Assembly (NCBI GenBank): GCA_032718475.1
Contig: JAUCBJ010001989.1
Span: 1-64,000 of the forward strand
Origin: Nemertoderma westbladi
Taxonomy: Eukaryota > Animalia > Xenacoelomorpha
Direction: 5' to 3'
DNA: 64,000 nt
Shown here: in pieces, positions 1 through 15,000 of the stretch
How positions within the stretch are numbered: position 1 is the first letter of the stretch
How the letters are laid out: each line of letters opens with the position of its first letter
Notes under the pieces: generated by a model
The model's input: the letters and a program-made list of their open reading frames with translations, nothing else
Told to the model about the DNA's origin: nothing
The model's database searches: none
Program-made: the position numbers and the translations under genes

Positions 1-3000
1 AGAACTTACACAAAATATGGGACAGTTCCAGGCAACAAACAGAACTTACACAAAATTATCCGGACAGTGTCCAGCCAACAAACAGAACTTACACAAAATA
101 TCGACAGTTCCAGCCAACAAACAGAACTTACACAAAATATCCGACAGTTCCAGCCAACAAACAGAACTTACACAAAATATCCGACAGTTCCAGGCAACAA
201 ACAGAACTTACACAAAATATCCGACAGGTCCAGCCAACAAACAGAACTTACACAAATTATCCGACAGGTCCAGCCAACAAACAGAACTTACACAAAATAT
301 CCGACAATTCCAGCCAACAAACAGAACTTACACAAAATATCCGAGAGTTCCAGCCAACAATCAGAACTTACACAAAATATCCGACAGTTCCAGACAAAAA
401 CAGAACTTACACAAAATATCCGACAGTTCCAGACAAAAAACAGAACTTACACAAAATATGGGACAGTTCCAGGCAACAAACAGAACTTACACAAATTATC
501 CGACAGGTCCAGCCAACAAACAGAACTTACACAAAATATGGGACAGTTCCAGGCAACAAACAGAACTTACACAAATTATCCGACAGGTCCAGCCAACAAA
601 CAGAACTTACACAAATTATCCGACAGGTCCAGCCAACAAACAGAACTTACACAAAATATCCGACAGGTCCAGCCAACAAACAGAACTTACACAAATTATC
701 CGACAGGTCCAGCCAACAAACAGAACTTACACAAAATATCCGACAGTTCCAGCCAACAAACAGAACTTACACAAAATATGGGACAGTTCCAAGCAACAAA
801 CAGAACTTACACAAATTATCCGACAGGTCCAGCCAACAAACAGAACTTACACAAATTATCCGACAGGTCCAGCCAACAAACAGAACTTACACAAAATATC
901 CGACAGTTCCAGCCAACAAACAGAACTTACACAAAATATGGGACAGTTCCAAGCAACAAACAGAACTTACACAAATTATCCGACAGGTCCAGCCAACAAA
1001 CAGAACTTACACAAAATATCCGACACTTCCAGCCAACAAACAAAACTTACACAAAATATCCGACAGGTCCAGCCAACAAACAGAACTTACACAAAATATC
1101 CGACTGTTCCAGCCAACAAACAAAACTTACATAAAATATACGACAGTTCCAAGAACTTACACAAAATATCCGACAGTTCCAGCCAACAAACAAAACTTAC
1201 ACAAAATATCCGACAGTTCCAGCCAACAAACAAAACTTACACAAAATATCCGACAGTTCCAGCCAACAAACAGAACTTACACAAAATATCCCACAGTTCC
1301 AGCCAATAAACATAATTTATACAAAATATCCGACAGTTCCAGCCAACAAACAGAACTTACACAAAATATGGGACAGTTCCAGGCAACAAACAGAACTTAC
1401 ACAAATTATCCGACAGGTCCAGCCAACAAACAGAACTTACACAAAATAACCGACACTTCCAGCCAACAAACAAAACTTACACAAAATATCCGACAGGTCC
1501 AGCCAACAAACAGAACTTACACAAAATATCCGACTGTTCCAGCCAACAAACAAAACTTACATAAAATATACGACAGTTCCAAGAACTTACACAAAATATC
1601 CGACAGTTCCAGCCAACAAACAAAACTTACACAAAATATCCGACAGTTCCAGCCAACAAACAAAACTTACACAAAATATCCGACAGTTCCAGGCAACAAA
1701 CAAAACTTACCCAAAATATCCGACAGTTCCAGCCAACAATCAGATCTTACACAAAAGATCCGACAATTCCAGCCAACAAACAGAACTTACACAAAATATC
1801 CCACAGTTCCAGCCAATAAACATAATTTATACAAAATATCCGACAGTTCCAGCCAACAAACAGAACTTACACAAAATAATGCGACAGTTCCAGTCAACAA
1901 ACAGAACTTACACAAAATATGGGACAGTTCCAGGCAACAAACAGAACTTAGATAAAATATCCGACAGTTCCAGTCAACAAACAGAACTTACACAAAATAT
2001 GGGACAGTTCCAGGCAACAAATAGAACTTACACAAATTATCCGACAGGTCCAGCCAACAAACAGAACTTACACAAAATATGGGACAGTTCCAGCCAACAA
2101 ACAAAACTTACACAAAATATCCGACAGTTCCAGGCAACAAACATAACTTACACAAAATATCCGACAGTTCCAAGCAACAAACAGAACTTACACAAAATAT
2201 CCGACAGTTCCAGCCAACAAACAAAACTTACACAAAATATCCGACAGTTCCAGGCAACAAACAAAACTTACCCAAAACATCCGACAGTTCCAGCCAACAA
2301 ACAGAACTTACACAAAAGATCCGACAGTTCCAGCGATCAATCAGAACTTACACAAACGATCCGACAATTCCAGCCAACAAACATAACTTACACAAAATAT
2401 CCCACAGTTCCAGCCAATAAACATAATTTATACAAAATATCCGACAGTTCCAGCCAATAAACAGAACTTACACAAAATATCCGACAGGTACAGCCAACAA
2501 ACATAATTTATACAAAATATCCGACAGTTCCATCCAACAACAGAACTTACACAAAAGATCCGACAATTCCAGCCAACAAACAGAACTTACACAAAATATC
2601 CGACAGGTACAGCCAACAAACATAATTTATACAAAATATCCGACAATTCGAGCCAACAAACAGAACTTACACAAAATATGCGACAGTTCCAGTCAACAAA
2701 CAGAACTTACACAAAATATGGGACAGTTCCAGGCAACAAACAGAACTTACATAAAATATCCGACAGTTCCAGTCAACAAACAGAACTTACACAAAATATG
2801 GGACAGTTCCAGGCAACAAATAGAACTTACACAAATTATCCGACAGATCCAGCCAACAAACAGAACTTATACAAAGTATGGGACAGTTCCAGCCAACAAA
2901 CAAAACTTACACAAAATATCCGACAGTTCCAGGCAACAAACAGAACTTACACAAAATATCCGACAGTTCCAGGCAACAAACAGAACTTACACAAAATATC

Positions 3001-6000
3001 CGACAGGTACAGCCAACAAACAAAACTTACAAAAAATATCCGACAGTTCCAGCCAACAAACAGAACTTACACAAAATATGGGACAGTTCCAGGCAACAAA
3101 CAGAACTTGCACAAAATATCCAACAGGTCCAGCCAACAAACATAACTTACACAAAATATCCGACAGTTCCAGCCAATAACCAAAACTTACACAAAATATC
3201 CGACAGTTCCAGACAAAAAACAGAACTTACGCAAATTATCCGACACTTCCATCCAACAAACATAACTTAAACAAAGGATTCGACAATTCCAGCCAACAAT
3301 CAGAACTTACACAAAATATCCGACAGTTCCAGACAAAAACAGAACTTACACAAAATATCCGACAGTTCCAGACAAAAAACAGAACTTACACAAAATATCC
3401 GACAGGTACAGCCAACAAATATAATTTATACAAAATATCCAACAGTTCCAGCCAACAAATATAATTTATACAAAATATCCGACAGTTCCATCCAACAACA
3501 GAACTTACACAAAATATCCGACAGGTACAGCCAACAAACATAGTTTATACAAAATATCCGACAGTTCCAGGCAACAAACAGAACTTACACAAAATATCCG
3601 ACAATTCGAGCCAACAAACAGAACTTACACAAAATATCCGACAGCTCCAGCCAACAAACAAAACTTACACAAAATATCCGACAGTTCCAGGCAACAAACA
3701 AAACTTACCCAAAATATCTGACAGATCCAGCTAACAAACAGAACTTACACAAAAGATCCGACAGTTCCAGCCAACAATGAGAACTTACACAAAAGATCCG
3801 ACAATTCCAGCCAACAAACAGAACTTACACAAAATATCCCACAGTTCCAGCCAATAAACATAATTTATAGAAAATATCCGACAGTTACAGCCAACAAACA
3901 GAACTTACACAAAATATGCGACAGTTCCAGTCAACAAACAGAACTTACACACAATATGGGACAGTTCCAGGCAACAAACAGAACTTACACAAAATATGGG
4001 ACAGTTCCAGGCAACAAATACAACTTACACAAATTATCCGACAGGTCCAGCCAACAAACAAATCTTACACAAAATATGGGACAGTTCCAGCCAAAAAACA
4101 AAACTTACACAAAATATCCGACAGTTCCAGGCAACAAACAGAACTTACACAAAATATCCGACAGTACCAGGCAACAAACAGAACTTACACAAAATATCCG
4201 ACAGTTCCAGCCAACAAACAAAACTTACACAAAATATCCGACAGTTCCAGGCAACAAACAAAACTTACCCAAAACATCCGACAGTTCCAGCCAACAAACA
4301 GAACTTACACAAAAGATCCGACAGTTCCAGCCAACAATCAGAACTTACACAAAAGATCCGACAATTCCAGCCAAAAAACAGAACTTACACAAAATATGGG
4401 ACAGTTCCAGGCAACAAACAGAACTTGCACAAAATATCCGACAGGTCCAGCCAACAAACATAACTTACACAAAATATCCGACAGTTCCAGCCAATAACCA
4501 AAACTTACACAAAATATCCGACAGTTTCAGGCAACAAACAGAACTTACACAAAATATGGGACAGTTCCAGGCAACAAATAAAACTTACAAAAAAATTCCG
4601 ACAGTTCCAGACAAAAAACAGAACTTACACAAATCATCCGACACTTCCATCCAACAAACATAACTTAAACAAAAGATTCGACAATTCCAGCCAACAAACA
4701 AAACTTACACAAAATATCCGACAGTTCCAGGCAACAAACAGAACTTACACAAAATATCCGACAGTTCCAGGCAACAAACAGAACTTACACAAAATATCCG
4801 ACAGGTACAGCCAACAAACAAAACTTACAAAAAATATCCGACAGTTCCAGCCAACAAACAGAACTTACACAAAATATGGGACAGTTCCAGGCAACAAACA
4901 GAACTTGCACAAAATATCCAACAGGTCCAGCCAACAAACATAACTTACACAAAATATCCGACAGTTCCTGCCAATAACCAAAACTTACACAAAATATCCG
5001 ACAGTTTCAGGCAACAAACAGAACTTACACAAAATATGGGGCAGTTCCACGCAACAAACAAAACTTACAAAAAATATCCGACAGTTCCAGACAAAAAACA
5101 GAACTTACACAAATTATCCGACACTTCCATCCAACAAACATAACTTAAACAAAGGATTCGACAATTCCAGCCAACAATCAGAACTTACACAAAATATCCG
5201 ACAGTTCCAGACAAAAACAGAACTTACACAAAATATCCGACAGTTCCAGACAAAAAACAGAACTTACACAAAATATCCGACAGGTACAGCCAACAAATAT
5301 AATTTATACAAAATATCCAACAGTTCCAGCCAACAAATATAATTTATACAAAATATCCGACAGTTCCATCCAACAACAGAACTTACACAAAATATCCGAC
5401 AGGTATAGCCAACAAACATAATTTATACAAAATATCCGACAGTTCCAGGCAACAAACAGAACTTACACAAAAGATCCGACAGTTCCAGCCAACAATCAGA
5501 ACTTACACAAAAGATGCGACAATTCCAGCCAACAAACAGAACTTACACAAAATATCCCACAGTTCCAGCCAATAAACATAATTTATAGAAAATATCCGAC
5601 AGTTACAGCCAACAAACAGAACTTACACAAAATATGCGACAGTTCCAGTCAACAAACAGAACTTACACAAAATATGGGACAGTTCCAGGCAACAAACAGA
5701 ACTTACACAAAATATGGGACAGTTCCAGGCAACAAATAGAACTTACACAAATTATCTGACAGGTCCAGCCAACAAACAGAACTTGCACAAAATATGGGAC
5801 AGTTCCAGCCAAAAAACAAAACTTACACAAAATATCCGACAGTTCCAGGCAACAAACAGAACTTACACAAATTATCCGACAGGTCCAGCCAACAAACAGA
5901 ACTTACACAAAATATCCGACAGGTCCAGCCAACAAACAGAACTTACACAAATTATCCGACAGGTCCAGCCAACAAACAGAACTTACACAAAATATCCGAC

Positions 6001-9000
6001 AGTTCCAGCCAACAAACAGAACTTACACAAAATATGGGACAGTTCCAAGCAACAAACAGAACTTACACAAATTATCCGACAGGTCCAGCCAACAAACAGA
6101 ACTTACACAAAATATCCGACAGTTCCAGCCAACAAACAGAACTTACACAAAATATGGGACAGTTCCAAGCAACAAACAGAACTTACACAAATTATCCGAC
6201 AGGTCCAGCCAACAAACAGAACTTACACAAATTATCCGACAGGTCCAGCCAACAAACAGAACTTACACAAAATATCCGACAGTTCCAGCCAACAAACAGA
6301 ACTTACACAAAATATGGGACAGTTCCAAGCAACAAACAGAACTTACACAAATTATCTGACAGGTCCAGCCAACAAACAGAACTTACACAAAATATCCGAC
6401 ACTTCCAGCCAACAAACAAAACTTACACAAAATATCCGACAGGTCCAGCCAACAAACAGAACTTACACAAAATATCCGACTGTTCCAGCCAACAAACAAA
6501 ACTTACATAAAATATACGACAGTTCCAAGAACTTACACAAAATATCCGACAGTTCCAGCCAACAAACAAAACTTACACAAAATATCCGACAGTTCCAGCC
6601 AACAAACAAAACTTACACAAAATATCCGACAGTTCCAGCCAACAAACAGAACTTACACAAAATATCCCACAGTTCCAGCCAATAAACATAATTTATACAA
6701 AATATCCGACAGTTCCAGCCAACAAACAGAACTTACACAAAATATGGGACAGTTCCAGGCAACAAACAGAACTTACACAAATTATCCGACAGGTCCAGCC
6801 AAAAAACAGAACTTACACAAAATAACCGACACTTCCAGCCAACAAACAAAACTTACACAAAATATCCGACAGGTCCAGCCAACAAACAGAACTTACACAA
6901 AATATCCGACTGTTCCAGCCAACAAACAAAACTTACATAAAATATACGACAGTTCCAAGAACTTACACAAAATATCCGACAGTTCCAGCCAACAAACAAA
7001 ACTTACACAAAATATCCGACAGTTCCAGCCAACAAACAAAACTTACACAAAATATCCGACAGTTCCAGGCAACAAACAAAACTTACCCAAAATATCCGAC
7101 AGTTCCAGCCAACAATCAGATCTTACACAAAAGATCCGACAATTCCAGCCAACAAACAGAACTTACACAAAATATCCCACAGTTCCAGCCAATAAACATA
7201 ATTTATACAAAATATCCGACAGTTCCAGCCAACAAACAGAACTTACACAAAATAATGCGACAGTTCCAGTCAACAAACAGAACTTACACAAAATATGGGA
7301 CAGTTCCAGGCAACAAACAGAACTTACATAAAATATCCGACAGTTCCAGTCAACAAACAGAACTTACACAAAATATGGGACAGTTCCAGGCAACAAATAG
7401 AACTTACACAAATTATCCGACAGGTCCAGCCAACAAACAGAACTTACACAAAATATGGGACAGTTCCAGCCAACAAACAAAACTTACACAAAATATCCGA
7501 CAGTTCCAGGCAACAAACATAACTTACACAAAATATCCGACAGTTCCAAGCAACAAACAGAACTTACACAAAATATCCGACAGTTCCAGCCAACAAACAA
7601 AACTTACACAAAATATCCGACAGTTCCAGGCAACAAACAAAACTTACCCAAAACATCCGACAGTTCCAGCCAACAAACAGAACTTACACAAAAGATCCGA
7701 CAGTTCCAGCGATCAATCAGAACTTACACAAACGATCCGACAATTCCAGCCAACAAACATAACTTACACAAAATATCCCACAGTTCCAGCCAATAAACAT
7801 AATTTATACAAAATATCCGACAGTTCCAGCCAATAAACAGAACTTACACAAAATATCCGACAGGTACAGCCAACAAACATAATTTATACAAAATATCCGA
7901 CAGTTCCATCCAACAACAGAACTTACACAAAAGATCCGACAATTCCAGCCAACAAACAGAACTTACACAAAATATCCGACAGGTACAGCCAACAAACATA
8001 ATTTATACAAAATATCCGACAATTCGAGCCAACAAACAGAACTTACACAAAATATGCGACAGTTCCAGTCAACAAACAGAACTTACACAAAATATGGGAC
8101 AGTTCCAGGCAACAAACAGAACTTACATAAAATATCCGACAGTTCCAGTCAACAAACAGAACTTACACAAAATATGGGACAGTTCCAGGCAACAAATAGA
8201 ACTTACACAAATTATCCGACAGATCCAGCCAACAAACAGAACTTACACAAAGTATGGGACAGTTCCAGCCAACAAACAAAACTTACACAAAATATCCGAC
8301 AGTTCCAGGCAACAAACAGAACTTACACAAAATATCCGACAGTTCCAGGCAACAAACAGAACTTACACAAAATATCCGACAGGTACAGCCAACAAACAAA
8401 ACTTACAAAAAATATCCGACAGTTCCAGCCAACAAACAGAACTTACACAAAATATGGGACAGTTCCAGGCAACAAACAGAACTTGCACAAAATATCCAAC
8501 AGGTCCAGCCAACAAACATAACTTACACAAAATATCCGACAGTTCCAGCCAATAACCAAAACTTACACAAAATATCCGACAGTTCCAGACAAAAAACAGA
8601 ACTTACGCAAATTATCCGACACTTCCATCCAACAAACATAACTTAAACAAAGGATTCGACAATTCCAGCCAACAATCAGAACTTACACAAAATATCCGAC
8701 AGTTCCAGACAAAAACAGAACTTACACAAAATATCCGACAGTTCCAGACAAAAAACAGAACTTACACAAAATATCCGACAGGTACAGCCAACAAATATAA
8801 TTTATACAAAATATCCAACAGTTCCAGCCAACAAATATAATTTATACAAAATATCCGACAGTTCCATCCAACAACAGAACTTACACAAAATATCCGACAG
8901 GTACAGCCAACAAACATAGTTTATACAAAATATCCGACAGTTCCAGGCAACAAACAGAACTTACACAAAATATCCGACAATTCGAGCCAACAAACAGAAC

Positions 9001-12000
9001 TTACACAAAATATCCGACAGCTCCAGCCAACAAACAAAACTTACACAAAATATCCGACAGTTCCAGGCAACAAACAAAACTTACCCAAAATATCTGACAG
9101 ATCCAGCTAACAAACAGAACTTACACAAAAGATCCGACAGTTCCAGCCAACAATGAGAACTTACACAAAAGATCCGACAATTCCAGCCAACAAACAGAAC
9201 TTACACAAAATATCCCACAGTTCCAGCCAATAAACATAATTTATAGAAAATATCCGACAGTTACAGCCAACAAACAGAACTTACACAAAATATGCGACAG
9301 TTCCAGTCAACAAACAGAACTTACACACAATATGGGACAGTTCCAGGCAACAAACAGAACTTACACAAAATATGGGACAGTTCCAGGCAACAAATACAAC
9401 TTACACAAATTATCCGACAGGTCCAGCCAACAAACAAAACTTACACAAAATATGGGACAGTTCCAGCCAAAAAACAAAACTTACACAAAATATCCGACAG
9501 TTCCAGGCAACAAACAGAACTTACACAAAATATCCGACAGTTCCAGGCAACAAACAGAACTTACACAAAATATCCGACAGTTCCAGCCAACAAACAAAAC
9601 TTACACAAAATATCCGACAGTTCCAGGCAACAAACAAAACTTACCCAAAACATCCGACAGTTCCAGCCAACAAACAGAACTTACACAAAAGATCCGACAG
9701 TTCCAGCCAACAATCAGAACTTACACAAAATATGCGACAGTTCCAGACAAAAACAGAACTTACACTAAATATCCGACAGTTCCAGCCAACAAACAGAACT
9801 TAAACAAAAGATTCTACAATTCCAGCCAACAAACAGAACTTACACAAAATATCCGACAGTTCCAGCCAATAAACATAATTTATAGAAAATATCCGACAGT
9901 TACAGCCAACAAACAGAACTTACACAAAATATGCGACAGTTCCAGTCAACAAACAGAACTTACACAAAATATGGGACAGTTCCAGGCAACAAACAGAACT
10001 TACACAAAATATGGGACAGTTCCAGGCAACAAATAGAACTTACACAAATTATCTGACAGGTCCAGCCAACAAACAGAACTTGCACAAAATATGGGACAGT
10101 TCCAGCCAAAAAACAAAACTTACACAAAATATCCGACAGTTCCAGGCAACAAACAGAACTTACACAAAATATCCGACAGCTCCAGCCAACTAACAAAACT
10201 TACACAAAATATCCGACAGTTCCAGGCAACAAACAAAACTTACCCAAAATATCTGACAGATCCAGCTAACAAACATAACTTACACAAAAGATCCGACAGT
10301 TCCAGCCAACAATCAGAACTTACACAAAAGATCCGACAATTCCAGCCAACAAACAGAACTTACACAAAAAATCCCACAGTTCCAGCCAATAAACATAATT
10401 TATAGAAAATATCCGACAGTTACAGCCAACAAACAGAACTTACACAAAATATGCGACAGTTCCAGTCAACAAACAGAACTTACACAAAATATGGGACAGT
10501 TCCAGGCAACAAACAGAACTTACACAAAATATGGGACAGTTCCAGGCAACAAATAGAACTTACACAAATTATCCGACAGGTCCAGCCAATAAACATAAAC
10601 TTACACAAAATATGGGACAGTTCCAGCCAAAAGACAAAACTTACACAAAATATCCGACAGTTCCAGGCAACAAACAGAACTTACACAAAATATCCGACAG
10701 TTCCAGCCAACAAACAGAACTTACACAAAATATGGGACAGTTCCAGCCAAAAGACAAAACTTACACAAAATATCCGACAGTTCCAGGCAACAAACAGAAC
10801 TTACATAAAATATCCGACAGTTCCAGGCAACAAACAGAACTTACACAAAATATCCGACAGTTCCAGCCAACAAACAAAAATTACACAAAATATGCGACAG
10901 TTCCAGACAAAAACAGAACTTACACTAAATATCCGACAGTTCCAGCCAACAAACAGAACTTAAACAAAAGATTCTACAATTCCAGCCAACAAACAGAACT
11001 TACACAAAATATCCGACAGTTCCAGCCAACAAACAGAACTTACATAAAATATCCGACAGGTCCAGGCAACAAACAGAACTTAAACAAAATATCCGACAGT
11101 CCCAGCCAACAAATAGAACTTCACAAAATATGCGACAGTTCCAGCCAACAAACAGAACTTACATAAAATATCCGACAGGTCCAGGCAACAATCAGAACTT
11201 ACACAAAATTTCCGACAGTTCCAGCCAACAAACAGAACTTACATAAAATATCCGACAGTTCCAGCCAACAAACATAACTTACATAAAATATCCGACAGGT
11301 CCAGGCAACAAACAGAACATACACAAAATATCCGACAGTTCCAGACAAAAACAGAACTTACACTAAATATCCGACAGGTCCAGGCAACAATCAGAACTTA
11401 CACAAAATTTCCGACAGTTCCAGCCAACAAACAGAACTTACATAAAATATCCGACAGTTCCAGCCAACAAACGGAACTTACACAAAATATCCGACAGTTC
11501 CAGCCAACAAACAGAACTTACATAAAATATCCGACAGTTCCAGCCAACAAACGGAACTTACACAAAATATCCGACAGTTCCAGCCAACAAACAGAACTTA
11601 CATAAAATATCCGACAGTTCCAGCCAACAAACGGAACTTACACAAAATATCCGACAGTTCCAGCCAACAAACAGAACTTACATAAAATATCCGACAGGTC
11701 CAGGCAACAATCAGAACTTACACAAAATTTCCGACAGTTCCAGCCAACAAACAGAACTTACATAAAATATCCGACAGTTCCAGCCAACAAACATAACTTA
11801 CATAAAATATCCGACAGGTCCAGGCAACAAACAGAACATACACAAAATATCCGACAGTTCCAGACAAAAACAGAACTTACATAAAATATCCGACAGTTCC
11901 AGCCAACAAACATAACTTACATAAAATATCCGACAGGTCCAGGCAACAAACAGAACATACACAAAATTTCCGACAGTTCCAGCCAACAAACAGAACTTAC

Positions 12001-15000
12001 ATAAAATATCCGACAGTTCCAGCCAACAAACGGAACTTACATAAAATATCCGACAGGTCCAGGCAACAATCAGAACTTACACAAAATTTCCGACAGGTCC
12101 AGGCAACAATCAGAACTTACACAAAATTTCCGACAGTTCCAGCCAACAAACAGAACTTACATAAAATATCCGACAGTTCCAGCCAACAAACAGAACTTAC
12201 ATAAAATATCCGACAGTTCCAGCCAACAAACGGAACTTACACAAAATATCCGACAGTTCCAGACAAAAACAGAACTTACACTAAATATCCGACAGGTCCA
12301 GGCAACAATCAGAACTTACACAAAATTTCCGACAGTTCCAGCCAACAAACAGAACTTACATAAAATATCCGACAGTTCCAGCCAACAAACGGAACTTACA
12401 CAAAATATCCGACAGTTCCAGCCAACAAACAGAACTTACATAAAATATCCGACAGTTCCAGCCAACAAACGGAACTTACACAAAATATCCGACAGTTCCA
12501 GCCAACAAACAGAACTTACATAAAATATCCGACAGTTCCAGCCAACAAACGGAACTTACACAAAATATCCGACAGTTCCAGCCAACAAACAGAACTTACA
12601 TAAAATATCCGACAGGTCCAGGCAACAATCAGAACTTACACAAAATTTCCGACAGTTCCAGCCAACAAACAGAACTTACATAAAATATCCGACAGTTCCA
12701 GCCAACAAACATAACTTACATAAAATATCCGACAGGTCCAGGCAACAAACAGAACATACACAAAATATCCGACAGTTCCAGACAAAAACAGAACTTACAT
12801 AAAATATCCGACAGTTCCAGCCAACAAACATAACTTACATAAAATATCCGACAGGTCCAGGCAACAAACAGAACATACACAAAATTTCCGACAGTTCCAG
12901 CCAACAAACAGAACTTACATAAAATATCCGACAGTTCCAGCCAACAAACGGAACTTACACAAAATATCCGACAGTTCCAGCCAACAAACAGAACTTACAT
13001 AAAATATCCGACAGGTCCAGGCAACAATCAGAACTTACACAAAATTTCCGACAGTTCCAGCCAACAAACAGAACTTACATAAAATATCCGACAGTCCCAG
13101 CCAACAAACATAACTTACATAAAATATCCGACAGGTCCAGGCAACAAACAGAACATACACAAAATATCCGACAGTTCCAGACAAAAACAGAACTTACACT
13201 AAATATCCGACAGTTCCAGCCAACAAACAGAACTTAATCAAAAGATTCTACAATTCCAGCCAACAAACAGAACTTACACAAAATATCCGACAGTTCCAGC
13301 CAACAAACAAAACTTACACAAAATATGCGACAGTTCCAGACAAAAACAGAACTTACACTAAATATCCGACAGTTCCAGCCAACAAACAGAACTTAAACAA
13401 AAGATTCTACAATTCCAGCCAACAAACAGAACTTACACAAAAGATCCGACAATTCCAGCCAAAAAACAGAACTTACACAAAATATGGGACAGTTCCAGGC
13501 AACAAACAGAACTTGCACAAAATATCCGACAGGTCCAGCCAACAAACATAACTTACACAAAATATCCGACAGTTCCAGCCAATAACCAAAACTTACACAA
13601 AATATCCGACAGTTTCAGGCAACAAACAGAACTTACACAAAATATGGGACAGTTCCAGGCAACAAATAAAACTTACAAAAAATTTCCGACAGTTCCAGAC
13701 AAAAAACAGAACTTACACAAATTATCCGACACTTCCATCCAACAAACATAACTTAAACAAAAGATTCGACAATTCCAGCCAACAAACAGAACTTACACAA
13801 AATATCCGACAGTTCCAGACAAAAAAACAGAACTTACACAAAATATCCGACAGGTCCAGGCAACAAACAGAACTTACACAAAATATGCGACAGTTCCAGG
13901 CAACAAATAGTACTAACACAAAATATCCGACAGTTCCAGACAAAAAACAGAACTTAAACAAAAGATTCGACAATTCCAGCCAACAAACGGAACTTACACA
14001 AAATATCCGACAGTTCCAGCCAACAATCAGAACTTACACAAAATATCCGACAGTTCCAGACACAAAAAACAGAACTTACACAAAATATCCGACAGTTCCA
14101 GCCAACAATCAGAACTTACACAAAATATCCGACAATTCGAGCCAACAAACAGAACATACACAAAATATCCCACAGTTCCAGACAAAAACAGAACTTACAC
14201 TAAATATCCGACAGTTCCAGCCAACAAACAGAACTTAAACAAAAGATTCTACAATTCCAGCCAACAATCAGAACTTACACAAAATATCCGACAGTTCCAG
14301 ACAAAAAACAGAACTTAAACAAAATATCCGACAGTTCCAGGCAACAAATAGAACTTACACAAATTATCCGACAGGTCCAGCCAACAATCAGAACTTACAC
14401 AAAATATCCGACAGTTCCAGCCAACAAACAGAACTTAAACAAAAGATTCTACAATTCCAGCCAACAAACAGAACTTACACAAAATATCCGACAGTTCCAG
14501 CCAACAAACAAAACTTACACAAAATATGCGACAGTTCCAGACAAAAACAGAACTTACACTAAATATCCGACAGTTCCAGCCAACAAACAGAACTTAAACA
14601 AAAGATTCTACAATTCCAGCCAACAAACAGAACTTACACAAAATATCCGACAGTTCCAGCCAACAAACAGAACTTACATAAAATATCCGACAGGTCCAGG
14701 CAACAAACAGAACTTAAACAAAATATCCGACAGTCCCAGCCAACAAATAGAACTTCACAAAATATGCGACAGTTCCAGCCAACAAACAGAACTTACATAA
14801 AATATCCGACAGGTCCAGGCAACAATCAGAACTTACACAAAATATCCGACAGTTCCAGCCAACAAACAGAACTTACATAAAATATCCGACAGTTCCAGCC
14901 AACAAACATAACTTATATAAAATATCCGACAGGTCCAGCCAACAATCAGAACTTACACAAAATATCCGACAGTTCCAGACAAAAACAGAACTTACACTAA